Shown piece after piece: positions 12,363 through 24,669 of a stretch of 64,000 bases of DNA. The position numbers were made by a program, and so were the translations under genes. Each line of letters starts with the position of its first letter. Position 1 is the first letter of the stretch. The notes beneath the pieces were generated by a model. It made no database searches, had not been told where the DNA came from, and saw only the letters and a list, made by a program, of their open reading frames with translations. Source of the stretch: Leucoraja ocellata (Eukaryota); the NCBI GenBank assembly GCA_036785375.1, contig JAWMAR010000283.1, positions 124,001 through 188,000 of the forward strand. The letters run 5' to 3'.

Positions 12363-12387
12363 AGGTTAAGGGGTCACATGGAGGTCA
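12363..12387 (+). promoter_or_regulatory. Candidate retinoic-acid response element: perfect DR5 plus overlapping DR2
   Basis: AGGTTA-ag-GGGTCA-catgg-AGGTCA; the DR5 matches RGKTCA-N5-RGKTCA exactly. Confidence 0.65.
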
Positions 12388-13469
12388 TATCTTTGGATAC
12401 TCATCAGAATGTTTACATTAGTACCAACAGAGGCTCATTTAACATGCAGAGATTTAAAAAATGTTTTACTGATGTACAAAGGTAAATGGAGCAATTTTAA
12501 AATACGGGACAAAATTTGTAAGGCCAACTTCCAAAACCATAATACTGAAAAGTTTCCATATCCTCATGTTTAATGTATTCACCAAATGATCTTGACAACA
12601 CTAATAGTTCCTCTGCCATTACCATTAAAAAGGAACACACAAATCTGTATGGTGCCTTTCTCTGTATGTAGGGTTAACATTCCCATACATTTGTGCCCAA
12701 CCTTTATTGAACTTAAATCTCCTACAACCCTGTTTTCTGCTTCACTGACTCCACACCACACCTGGCAACATGCTCTTATTTTTAGCAATCTTGCCATGAG
12801 AAAACTTTTTTTAGCCAAACCTTATTTATCTGGAACAGAGCCCAAATTAGATAGTCACTTCTTAAACAAACCCTCTTCCCAAACTAGTTGTTTAACCGGT
12901 TTGTCAAATCTTGCTGATAACCGGAATCCAGCCTACAAATACTATGTTAATTAAGTTCTATCACAGAATGAAAAGCTTAAACCGATGTGCTTTGATATTT
13001 TAAACAGCACTGTTCAAATCTATGGTAAGCAAAAATGTTAACTGATCATGTTAAATGTTAACGCAAGCTGATTTCTTGTTACACTAAAATTGAAATGTTC
13101 GAAGTTGAAGGAAAGTGAAAGAATTATTGATTTTTTTGGTAAATTTTCTACTGAACAGGCCTAAATGCAGTTCAAACCAAAATGACATGCAAATATTATT
13201 TGCAGATTTAACAGCCTCTGGAGATGGCTGCACCTGTCAACTTAATCCTTCTTGCTGCTTCTTGGAGAATTTTTTGAGAATTAGGAATATCCAGACTCAG
13301 AAATATTATTGTGCAGAGTGGACAGCCTTTCCAAATGTCCATCCTTGTAAATTATTTCACAAACATTTGGAGAACTCCAATGAGATTGATCCAAATTCCC
13401 CTATTTGTTTTATCCATGCCATCCAATACGTCCAACAATCTGTTGTCACTAACTTGCCTTGCAATTTTC

Positions 13470-13731
13470 TTTAGACTTTAAAACTTAAAAGATACAGTGC
13501 GGAAACAGGCCATACACTAACACTATCCTACACACTAGGGACAATTTTTTATCAAAGCCAATTAACCTACAAACCTGCACGTCTTTGGAGTGTGGGAAAA
13601 ACCGGAGGACCCGGAGGAAGCCCATGCGGTCACAGGGCAAACGTACAAGCTCTACACAGACAGCACCCGTAGTCAGGATCAAACCCGGGTTGTCAGGCAG
13701 CAGCTCTGCCACTGCGCCGTTGTGCCACCCC
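13470..13731 (-). mobile_element. HE1-type V-SINE (internal deletions)
   Basis: Head, V-domain and tail recognisable. Confidence 0.85.
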
Positions 13732-14369
13732 AAGTAATCCTGTAGTTTCCTGTAGTCTGAACAGATAGGCTGCATAAATAAGCATCCTACCTAGCAAGAC
13801 AGGCTAAAAGAGTTGGGACTCCACATGTTAAAGATGCATAATTTTAGGGGTGAACTGTTCAACTTTTATAAATAAGACTTTTGATTATGGAGGACTCAAG
13901 GTTTAAAGGGATCAGACGGGCAATGGAACTTAGATCATACCAGCTCCGATCCTACCAAATGGTGCAGGTGCCTTGAGGGCTTTCTTGGCCGATTCCGAGC
14001 CCTACCTCTTAGTAGACCATGCAACTATTATGGTCAACTATGTGGTTCTTATAGTTGGCCAATATGGACCATATAGTTGTCCATATTAGGAACTAAGTTG
14101 AACGCTTGTGTGCCTGTTGACAGTTGATTCAATCTTTATAGATAAATCCAATGGAAACATTGCAAGTGTTGCTTCTCTCTGGAAGGTATTATTTTGCTCT
14201 GCACCATTTAATTTTCCTCTTCCCGTGGCCGAGCACCCTCATGTGAGTGATTTCAGTCACTTTGACAAGATAGCTCAGGTCGATCAGGAATCCAAAAGGT
14301 GGATTCCATTTCCCCTGTTTCCCAAGAGAAAAAGGAATAATATGCCAAATTGTCACATCACATTTAAGA

Positions 14370-14515
14370 AATATGCCCTTCTACAATTATATAAGGTTTT
14401 GGTGATAACACACCTGGAGTATTCTACATAGTTTTGGTCTCCTTATATAACAGAAGGAAATGCTTGCGACGGAGAGAGTGCAGCAAAGGTTCACTAGATA
14501 GGTTATTGGATTGCA
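14370..14515 (+). mobile_element. CR1 ORF2 fragment
   Basis: Translates LLQLYKVLVITHLEYST*FWSPY, compared with the CR1 consensus-like LYKxLVRPHLEYCVQFWSPY. Confidence 0.65.
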
Positions 14516-14544
14516 ACTCTGTCAGAAGAAGAGAGCTTGGCAGT

Positions 14545-14895
14545 TGGCTTCCATTCTCCTCCACCCCCCTCCACTCTCCCCCCTCTCCCTTCTGGACTTA
14601 CACCTGTTTCTTCTGTCCCACTCGCTTTCCACCAATATTCCTTCCTCTAGCCTTTGTCTCTTTGTCTCACACCTTCTGTCTTTTCATCTCTAACCTATTA
14701 CCTGCCATGCGTTGTCCTGCTCCTCCTTTCTTCCCGCTTTCTTTTCCCACCCATCGACAATCAGTCTGAAGAAAAGTCCCGACCTGAAAAGTCACCTATC
14801 CATGTTCTCCAGAGATGCTATCTGACCCGCTGAGTTACTCCAGCATATTTAGTCTTCTTTTGCAAACTAGCATCTGCAGTTATTTGTTTCTACGT
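14545..14895 (+). mobile_element. Penelope-like element 3' end
   Basis: Pyrimidine-rich tract, then CTGAAGAAAAGTCCCGACCTGAAAAGTC at 14766, then the tail ...cagcatctgcagtt. Confidence 0.7.
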
Positions 14896-16959
14896 ATCTT
14901 TTTTCTCCATACATCATATCCAAATAGAACTCCTGAATCACGATAAACTGCTAAATATTATTTGAGTTTGAGAGTATGCTCTAACGAGTGTCAAGCTCAT
15001 CACTGTTATTCTAGGGTTGTATAGAATGGATTTCATTTACCTGGTGCTTTTTTCCCTTGTTACCCAGCAGGGGGGTGGGGTGCCTGCAATCATGTGCAGT
15101 GGCTGCCTGGTTCGCCGCTGTGAGAAGATAAGACTGTGCGAAGAGCTTTTGTAACTTAGTGGGCACCAGGAATGTGGCGACTCTTTGTATACTGCCTAGG
15201 TGAGGTCTGCTGTATGATTTCACCGGATTGTATGCAAAAACAAAGAATTTCACTGTACCTAGATACATGTGGTAATAAAGCATCATTGATTCATTGGAGA
15301 TTCAAATATGAGGCTGAGGAATTCGCTCCTGGTTCGCTGAGGTAAGGGATTAATACACGTTTTCATACCCATCTCTAGCAATGACCCAGAAGGTGTTGTG
15401 CACTGTAGGTGATTCCCTACATGCCCGTTGTACATTACACCATCTCAGTCATAGCTCCCACCACGGCAACACGGTGGCATCCAAAGGTCCAAACCAAGGT
15501 TAGTGGGGGTGGAACAATTGGAGCTCATTGGGGAAGGGTTTGAAACAGATGTGGCATCAGAGAATCAGAGACCAGAGAGGGCTGCTTGTGGAAGACTGCA
15601 TTCAACCTCAATCAGGTCCAAGGGTGAGTGGAGTTCAGCTGACTGGAGACCAGCACCACTGGGTTAGTAGGAAGTTCGTCAAGAATGGGCTCTTGGGTGT
15701 AATAGTGTTGGAAGATGTTGTTAATATAAGTGGTTAAGGTGTTTGTGAAAGATATTGGGGTATTTGGAGATTTGTGGAGGTGACAATTATGGAATCAACT
15801 AGGGAATCAGTGAAATGCTGGTCAGAATTTCAGATGATTGTGGGAATGGGACGGGGGATGGGGAATATGGATTGGAAGTCCAAAAAACAGAACGTAATGG
15901 GACTGCTATCAGTCCAAACCCAGTCGGCTATAGATGAGCATAACTAAGGCAGTCACTTCTCAGAACAGCCACGTGCAGGAGAAACATTTGACGCCATTCA
16001 ATTGTTCATGGCACCCTGGTCCTTTGCACAATGAATCTTGCAGTGAATGGTTCTCCAGCATAACATTGAGTGGGCCTATAGCAGTTTAACTATTTAATGC
16101 CCCGTGACAGTCGCTGCTCAATGTCTGGCTAGGGGTCCCAAAACCATGCAATGAACCGATCAGAATGAAATAACTCAGACCATAACAATTTTCTCCTCAG
16201 GAAACAAGGTTGCCGGTTTAATGAAAGAGTAGGATGCATGCTGCAATATTCTCAGCCTGGAGACTGACAAGGCACAGCTTTGTTGTTTTGATCCCCCTTT
16301 CTGCCGTAGTTAAGCAGCCTTGTTGCACCAAACCGGCGCCTGACTGAGTACTCCTATTCATTTACTGCAACTTTTTGATGGACTGCTCAGTATTAAGGGT
16401 GTATCATATTTCTTGGTCCAAAGTTAGGATGTTCTGCGCTCCTGTTAGTTGCTGGGATACATTCAGTTTTGACACTAATAACAGGTCAACACCAATAGTG
16501 CCTTTTTGCGGAATGCCAGATGTACATTTTAAACAAACTACAATCTAATTTGCTCTAACACTTGATGCCAAATCACAAAGGGGGAGGTCCACCCACGGAG
16601 CAGGAATCCCTGGAGCCACTTCTAAACCAACGCAGGTTTGAGTTGTAAATGTATTTTTTGAAAAGTAAAAACTGGCTCATGAAGGCTACAAAGAAATGAT
16701 TTAATTTTGGTGTTGTTCCTTATGTTATGCTTTTATGTGGCCATGAACTCTTTGACACAGGTTAACACAAAGCTAGCAACATCTCCAGAGAGAAATACCT
16801 TCTACGAGGGTTTCCCACCACCACACAAATCATTACTGGAAAGTGCCGGGGAATCAGTAACCGTTTCTCCAAGGACTAACAGTATGGTTCACACAACTGA
16901 GTACTGAAGGGTAATTATCAATGGGAAAAGGCAAGAATAAAACAACAGCAACAATTTCA

Positions 16960-17385
16960 GGGATGAGGCCTCGGCGGTGGCAGTGGTGAAGCCTCGCGAC
17001 GCCAATGCCTCAGCGGTGGTGAAGCCTAGCAGTGGCAGCGGCGATGCCTCGAGGGTCGACTTGTGGTCGATGGTCGATGAGAGCGTGGAGAACCACCGTG
17101 AGGGGGGAGGGGAAGAACAATGGAGGACCTGGCATGGGGGGGACTGCCATGAGGGGGGAGGGGAAGAACAATGGACAATGGGGGGGGGGGGGGGGGACAA
17201 AGGACAATGGGGACCCGACGTGGGGGAGCTGCTGTGGTAGGGGGGAGGGGGAACAAAAGGGGGAGCCGGCGTGCTTTGTAACTTTGTCAGTGCCGTAGGT
17301 GGCTGCTATTTGTATACATTGTGTATGCAAGCAAAGAATCTCACTGTGCTTAGTCACGTGTGACAATATTCCTATTCCTATTCTT
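16960..17385 (+). mobile_element. GC-rich repeat with internal tandem units and a Rex1-like tail
   Basis: Repeated gaggggggaggggaagaacaatgga and gcctc(g/a)gcggtgg units; ends aagcaaagaatctcactgtgcttagtcacgtgtgacaatattcctattcctattc. Confidence 0.55.
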
Positions 17386-17499
17386 TGGGCAGATCCATGG
17401 GATAGCAGAACATTCCACTCATTCTTGGCTGACCCCCAATATGGTAGATACAGTACTCTACATCATGACTGTATGATTATGCGTTTTCCTACATAAATA

Positions 17500-17805
17500 T
17501 AGACTTTAGAGATACAGGGTGGAAGCAGGCTCTTTGGCCCACCGAGTCCACGCCGACCTGCAATCACCCCATACACTTACAATATCCTACACACGAAGGA
17601 CAATTTACAATTTTTACAATTTTACCGAAGCAAATTAACCTACACGTTTTTGAAGTGTGGGAGGAAACTGGAGCACTTGTGGAATACCCACACCGTCACA
17701 CGGAGAATGTAAAAAATCTGTGCAGACGGCACCCGTAGTCAGGATCGAACCTGGGCCTGTGGTGCTGTAAGGCAGCAACTCTGCCGCTGTGCCACTGGGC
17801 CACCC
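17500..17805 (-). mobile_element. HE1-type V-SINE
   Basis: Near full-length similarity to the other copies. Confidence 0.85.
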
Positions 17806-18789
17806 GTGCAGGTTACTAAAGTACAAACGGTGACAATATACAAGTTTACGTATAGAAAGGTGATTTTGAATCGCTACACATAATAGACACAGAGAATTAG
17901 TTCCAAAGTCTATTAACAGTCTTGGGCTTGCATTTTCTCCATAAAAGTTGTTTGCGAAGTTCACTCAAGATGGGTGTACCGCCAGTATGATTGCCACATT
18001 CAAAGGAAATGTGAGAAATTGCACCACGAGTTTTTAAGTGCAGAATGCCAGAATCAGAATCTGTCAACAGCCCCAATGCTAACAGCAATTTCTCCTATAT
18101 TTGTCAATGCAGCAACAGGGAAGGTACCCCATTGTAATCCATCATATATCCCGAGAGACGAGACAAGGTGCTATATAAATGCAAATTTTTTTTATCTTTT
18201 ACTTGTGATATATATCAAGCAAGAAATCAAGATGACTAGCATACTTTGGTCAGGTCCCAACTTGTTCTTGATTCATTCTGGTACAGCCTTTCCTGTTTTG
18301 TGCAAATCTGCGTTTGAGCAATGATCCTGTCTGTCTTCCCCCTGGGATATAGGGTGAAACCAGTGTATGTCAGCAAATTCTTTAACTCATTGTGGGTGCT
18401 TGAATTTTAACATGGGATTATATTGAGAAAATATCAGCTTAAGCACCCGAAAAATTGAAGTAATTTCCAGGCAAATATTTAGTATTTTTTAGTTTAGAGA
18501 GATAGCATGGAAACGGGCATTTCGCAACCCCATTCACATTAGTTCTTAAACCTGTTTTTTTGGGGGTTTTTGATTCCCTTACCCTGGTTAACAGACATTC
18601 ATCCTATTCCCCTCATGAATTTATACACCTCTATAAAATCACCCCTGAGCCCCCTATGCCCCAAGGAATAAAGTCCTAGCCTGTCCAACCTCACCCTAAA
18701 GCTCAGGTCCTCAGGACCTTATAACATCCTCATAAATCTTCATAATATTCCAAATGTAGCCTCACCAACATCTTGTACGACTGTAACAG

Positions 18790-19240
18790 AGTTTTACTTT
18801 AGTTTTTTGTCACGTGTACAGAGGTACAGTGAAAAGCTTTTGTTGCATTTCACCAGTCAGCAGAAAGACTATACATGATTACAATTGAACCATCCAATGT
18901 GTACAGATACATGATAAAGGGAGTAATGTTTAGTGCAAAGTAAAGTCCGATTAAAGATAGTCTGAGGTACCAATGCGGTAGATAGTAGCTCAGGACTGCT
19001 CTCTAGATGTTGGTTGAATGGTTCAGTTGCCTGATGACAGCGAGGACAAAACTGTCCCTGAATCTGGAGGTACACGTTTTCACACTCCTGCACATCTTGC
19101 TTGATGGGAGAGGGGAGAAGAAGGAGACTCGTCCTTGATTATGCTGGTGGCCTTGCCGAGGCAGAGTGAAATGTAGATGGAGTCAACGGAAGGGAGGTTG
19201 GTTTGTGTGATGGTCTGGGCTGCGTCTATAATTCTTCGCA
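18790..19240 (-). mobile_element. Rex1/Babar-like LINE 3' end
   Basis: Longer copy of the 6465 family. Confidence 0.7.
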
Positions 19241-19995
19241 ATCCCACCTTCTATACTCAGTATCCTCACTAATGAATGTACCAGCAGCCTTCCTAGCTGT
19301 TTGTAGATTAGGGAAGAAACGTGGGCTTATGGAGTATATAAGTGTATGCTGTGAGTGAGCTCACTGGACTTCACCTTGGGCTGGGACTGGAATGGTGCCA
19401 GGACCCTCGAGTTCTCTACGCCAGGCTACAGTGAAGGAGTCCCCAGTGTGCAGAATATTCGGGACGTTGCTACCAACTGCCACTCCTATCAGTGAAGACC
19501 GAATGAGCAGAAGACTTGCGATTAATTTAATCCTTTCTAAACATTTTACTGTATTTCACTATACTTTAATAACCTGAATTTATTTGTAACTTTGGAGTGT
19601 TCTTTCTCCATTATTGACCCAAATCCTCAAAACCTGCCTGTATGATTACAAAGCCCAAGTCCAAATCATTTCTATTGGTAAACTCCGCTGAACACTTCCT
19701 TCCAGACTGTGACACAATCTTTCATGGATCACATCTTGTTTCCTATTACCTGGCCAATTTTCCATTCCCATTGCCACCGTCTCTTTTACACCACAGACTT
19801 CAATCTTGATCAGGTGCCTATTATGTGGTATCTCTCGAACGCCTGATGGACTGATGGACATCAATATATACCATAACAACCACATTTCCCTCATCAACAC
19901 TCACTGTAACTTCATCACATGAACCTATCACGGTAGTTGAACATGATTTGTTTTTAATAAATTCATGTGGCTTTCACTCATCAATCCACATCTGC

Positions 19996-20528
19996 ATCTC
20001 AAATTCTATTCCTTAATTATGGTTTAATAATAGCAAAAAAATTAATACTTAAATTTTGGAAGGGTACATCAATACCAACGCTTAAAATGTGGATTGCAAG
20101 TATGTTGGACACCGCTCATCTTGAGGAAATGCGATTCCTCCTAATGGATAAATCAGACCAATTCATAACGAGTTGGTCTCCATTCGTCGTTTTTTTGGAA
20201 TCATATGGTGCAACACAATTGTAAAAAATAACTGTTTCAGGACTGGACGAGGGTTGGTCAAGACTATAAATAATGATCTCCTTTTCTTTTCACTATTTTC
20301 TCTCTCAACTTTCTTCATTTACTCGTTTTCTTTCTTCACACACTATATATTTCACATTTTTCTATCCTTTACTATCTAACCTCTTTTTCTTATTCTCATC
20401 TTTTTTCAATGTAACAAAAAAAAAAGAAGTTGTACATAAAATGTATTATGAAAATATATATTAGGCACTTTGGTGCCATATGACTGTGCTTACTTCTAAT
20501 AAAATAAAATATTAAAAAAAATTAAAAA
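19996..20528 (+). mobile_element. 5'-truncated L1-clade LINE with A-rich tail and TSD
   Basis: ORF 19967..20224 has IAKKLILKFWK...PTLKMW...LEEMRF...F...WSPF, typical of the fish L1 ORF2 C-terminus. AATAAA and A-rich tail follow; TSD AATCCACA(T/C)CTGC at 19983-19995 and 20529-20541. Confidence 0.85.
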
Positions 20529-20584
20529 AATCCACACCTGCCTAAGTGACTACTAATTCTGTCTGATTAATATTACCGTTCAGC

Positions 20585-20872
20585 TTTGAGATATAGCTTC
20601 AGCCCACCGAGTTAATGCCGACCATCGATCATCCATACACTAGTTCTGTTATCCAATGTTCACAACCTACACACAAGAGGTAATTGTACAGAAGCCAATT
20701 AACCTATAAGGTTGCATGTCTTTGGAGTGTGGGGTGAAATCGGGGCACCCGGAAGCAACCCACGCGGTCACAGGGAGAAATTACAAACTCCATACAGACA
20801 GCACCCATGGTCGGGATGGATCCAGGTCTCTGGCACTGTAAGGCAGCAACTCCACCGCCCTGCCACTGTGCA
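20585..20872 (-). mobile_element. HE1-type V-SINE
   Basis: Similar to the other copies. Confidence 0.85.
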
Positions 20873-21046
20873 CTGACACTGTTATTGCCAGAACCTTCAA
20901 TGTCATCCGATCTTAAGCTGCCCGGTCGGTTATAGTTCCTATATAAGGCTGTAATATTTGCAGCAAGTCACTGCTCAGCCATCACTTGTCTGGCAGTGTA
21001 TGACCAGAGCCTCTGCAACTTACTCCCTCAGTTCGCTCAACAAGCC

Positions 21047-21790
21047 CAGGGCAGCACAGTGGCACAGCTGGTAGATCTGCATCCCACAGCGTCAGAGACC
21101 CGGGTTCGAACCTGACCTCAGGTGACGTCTGTGCGCAGTTTGCACTTTTTACCTGTGTAGTGACAGATTTTAATATCGTTTCAAGGATTTAGTCCTTTAG
21201 TCACTTTAATTGAAGACAGGGGATCAGAAGATAATGGATACGCACCCACAAACTCTCCACGAGACATTCAATGCCGTCGAAAGATAAATCTTCCAAACAC
21301 AGTCTCTTGATTAATAGTTTCTTTATTGTAGTAGTAGAACCAGTAAGATATTCATCCAAACTTCTTCTTGTGTAAGTACATTTCAATTCAATCGTGGCCA
21401 TGCTCATGCATGGTCAAAAGCTATCACCTCTCCCCCATTCTTCTTCAAACTAAACTAACTACTAGGGAGTCTGCACTAGAATCCCAGCCATAAACACGTC
21501 TCAGACTACGTATAAATCCCACCCACATAATTACAGGCAGATAAAATGTAAAGGTAACTGGTTATAGTTATAACATACTGAGTTAAGCTAAATGGCTTCT
21601 ACAACCTATGTGACTGTGTGTGTTTCCGTCAGTTTCTCCAGTTTCCTCCCACATCCCAAAGACACACCCCAAAGGGTCGGTAGGTTAATTGGCTGTGTGT
21701 AATTGCCCTTAGTGTACAGAGTAGATATGAAAGTGGGATAACATAGAACTTGTGTGAACAGGTGATCGATGGTTACTGTAGACTTGGTGG
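21047..21790 (+). mobile_element. HE1-type V-SINE interrupted by a solo LTR
   Basis: Head at 21047-21155 (B-box-like gggttcgaacc); the V-domain resumes at about 21609. Confidence 0.8.
21156..21603. mobile_element. Solo LTR (448 bp)
   Basis: Termini TGTAG...CTACA, 5-bp TSD ACCTG/ACCTA, cleanly splits a SINE; AATAAA on the minus strand at 21322-21327. Confidence 0.75.
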
Positions 21791-21814
21791 AACTTGACCA
21801 GATCTTTAGACTGG

Positions 21815-22180
21815 TTTAGTTAATTACTGTCACGTGTACTGAGGTACAGTGAAAAGCTTTTTGTTGTGTGCTATCCAAACAAGACTATACCTGATTACAA
21901 TCCAACTGTCCACTGTGTACAGATAAAGGATAAATGGTGCAACATTTAATGCAAGATAAAGTCTGATTAAAGATACTTCAAAGGTCTCAAATTAGATAGT
22001 TGTGGGAAGGTCAGAATTGCACTTGAGCTGGTGAGAGGATCGTCCAATTGCCTGATAACAGCTGGGAAGAAACTTTTCCCTGAATCAGGAGGTGTGCATT
22101 TTCAAACTTCTGTGCTTCTTGACTGATAGGAGAGGGGAGAAGGAGTGACTGGGGTGAGATTCATCCATGATTATGCTTGG
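21815..22180 (-). mobile_element. Rex1/Babar-like LINE 3' end
   Basis: Copy of the 6465 family. Confidence 0.7.
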
Positions 22181-22689
22181 CCAGTGCCTTCTCATTACAA
22201 ACTTTTAGCTCATCCAGAATCTCAATCAGTTTCTTTTGTTGAGACTCGAGCTACATTTTACTCCTTGACTATTCAATTGGAACCATAGCCAATGTCCTTC
22301 GTCTCCACGAGTCAATTTCCAGTCCAATATCTTATCAGCTCCACAATTCTTTTTTACAATACTTTTTGATTTACTTACCCATATAATATTTTGGATTCCC
22401 TTTTATGTTTGTGGCCAATCTTTTCACATGCCCATAAATGTCTCACTTGTAAATTGCCCCTATAGTGTAGGATGCGAAACTAGGATGACATAGAACTAGT
22501 GTATAGGTAATCGATGGTGTGGATTCGCTGGGCCGAAGGGCCTGTTTCCAGGCTGTATCTCTAAACTAAATTAGAAGTAAACTAAGTGGAGCAAGTACTT
22601 GGTTTTCACTTTCATCATCAAGCCTGGCATCTGCTGTGCGCTTCTCTTCTCTGTTCTGATTTAATCTCTACTTCTGTTTTGGTCATCCA

Positions 22690-23017
22690 CTGAGCTCTGA
22701 CTTCAGTTTCCCTCATGGGAATGTAATTCAATTGTGGCTGAAACATCTGCACTTTAACAGGCTTCCTCTGTTCAATTACACTTTTTGCCTGCCCAGCACT
22801 GAATTCAATTCATCCAACCTAGATTTGTTCTCATGCCAATGAAATTGGCCTTTATCCAATTGATTAGTTTTACCTCAGAGAGGCTGAGATTATTTCCCAT
22901 GGCTATTCTACACGTGATATTATGATCGCTCTTTCCTAGATGCTCCCCCAGTGGTACTTGTTCCACTTGGCCTGGCTCATTTCCCAGAAACAAGTCGAGC
23001 AATGCTGTCTTCCTCAT
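22690..23017 (-). mobile_element. CR1 ORF2 AP-endonuclease fragment
   Basis: ORF 22805..23017 ALLDLFLGNEPGQVEQVPLGEHLGKSDHN...NWIKANF contains the LD and SDH motifs. Confidence 0.8.
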
Positions 23018-23126
23018 TCAGCCAGAAACACACCAAAAGAGAATATTCTCCTGAACACCCTTCAGGATCTCATCCCTTACTTAGTTCCTTAAGTTATTGC
23101 TGCTCCAATCTATATTCATGGAGTTT

Positions 23127-23552
23127 GGGGTGGCACAGTGGCACAGCTGGTAGAGTTGTTGCCTTGCAGTGCCAGAGATCCGGGTTCAATTCTGACTACT
23201 CTCTGTATGGAGTTTATACGTTCTCCATGTGACCACATGGGTTTTCCCCGAGTACTCTAGTTTCCTCCCACACTACAAAGACATATAGCTTTGTAGGTTA
23301 ATTGGCTTTAGTAAATTGTAAATTGTCCCTAGTGTACAGGATAGTGTTCTTCTTGTGTATGGCGTGCACAGCCTAAAGTTGTAGTTCAACTTGTTCTATT
23401 TGATCTATTTGTTTGTGCACGTCAGGTTGATTGCATTAGTTGAAACAGGGTGGACCAATCTCCCACCTCAGGATAGTGTTAATGTCCAGGGGTAATTGCT
23501 GGCTGGCGTGGACTCAGTGGGCCGAAGGGCCTGTTTCCATGCTGTATTGCTG
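23127..23552 (+). mobile_element. HE1-type V-SINE carrying a nested insertion
   Basis: Head gggtggcacagtggcacagctggtagag, V-domain, and tail gggccgaagggcctgtttcc. Confidence 0.85.
23349..23468 (-). mobile_element. 120-bp retroposed fragment (possibly RTE-clade 3' end)
   Basis: Perfect 12-bp TSD CAGGATAGTGTT at 23337-23348 and 23469-23480; the minus strand ends ...tacacaagaag. Confidence 0.65.
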
Positions 23553-23902
23553 TGAAGCAATAATGGAATGACCTTAGTAACTTTCAAGTCTCTTAACATT
23601 CCCATCACTTTAAACTTTAACGTCTCTAAAGTCATTCCATCATTGCTTCACTGTGTCCATTGTGCATCTCGGCAATTTTCCTGCAGATTTGCTTATCAAT
23701 ATCCCACCAGCTGGTGATCTACAGAACAATCCCAATGATCGTAATGAACATTAACCAGTGAATATGAGGTCCACCAGAGGGTCCAGGCATAATGTGATGA
23801 CACTAGTGTAGATGGGGCATGTTGGTCGACGTGGACAATTTTGGTTGATGGGCCCGTTTCTACGCTATCTGACTATGGCTCTATTGATGTATTCATTGTA
23901 AG

Positions 23903-24394
23903 TGACCAGTGATCACCCCGTACACTAGCACTATCTTACATACAATTTTTACCATAGTCAATTAACCTGAACTTCTTTGGAGTGTGGGAAGAATCTGGAG
24001 CAGAGAAAACCCATGTGGTCACAGGGAGAACATGCAAACTCCATACAGGCAACACCCGTAGTCAGGATTGAACCCGGGTCTCTGCCACTGTAAGGCAGCA
24101 ACTCGACAACTATTCCAATATGTCGCCCCGAACCCAATCCTACCAGAACCCATTTCATTTCCCCCACATTACCCACCTCTAGATTCTACCCTTCATTAGC
24201 ATACTGGGGTAATTAACGTGCCAACCTGCACGTCATTGGAATGGGGGCTGGAACTGGGGCGTCCAAAGGAAACAGAGTGCACAGTCACAGGGTGAACACG
24301 CAAACTCCACACAGACTACACCAGAGGTCAGGATTCAACTCGGGTCACTGGAGCTGTGAGGCAGCAGCTCTACTAGCTGCACCACTGTGCCACC
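23903..24394 (-). mobile_element. Two adjacent V-SINE fragments
   Basis: V-domain and head remnants at about 23903-24115 and about 24195-24394. Confidence 0.7.
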
Positions 24395-24669
24395 TAAATA
24401 GGGATGAAGTGAATGTGTCACGGTTTGAACAACCAGCTATGTCTGTAATTCATTTGTAGCATAATATTGTAGCCCAATAAAGAACACAGTCTCCCAATTG
24501 ATGATTTGGGATCATTAATCAGCAACATGCCACATTCAGTCCTTAGCTGGAACTATAATAGTGGATGCTAAAGACAGTCTTGAGACACCCGGATTAAAAC
24601 TGGAAATGTTCATTTCACTGGAGCAGGCGATTAGCTACAATAATGGACAAACCCTGAGAAAATTGGGCC

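Noticed and set aside
21047-21125. tRNA-like sequence with A/B boxes
   Set aside because: Head of a tRNA-derived SINE followed by the V-domain; not a tRNA gene.
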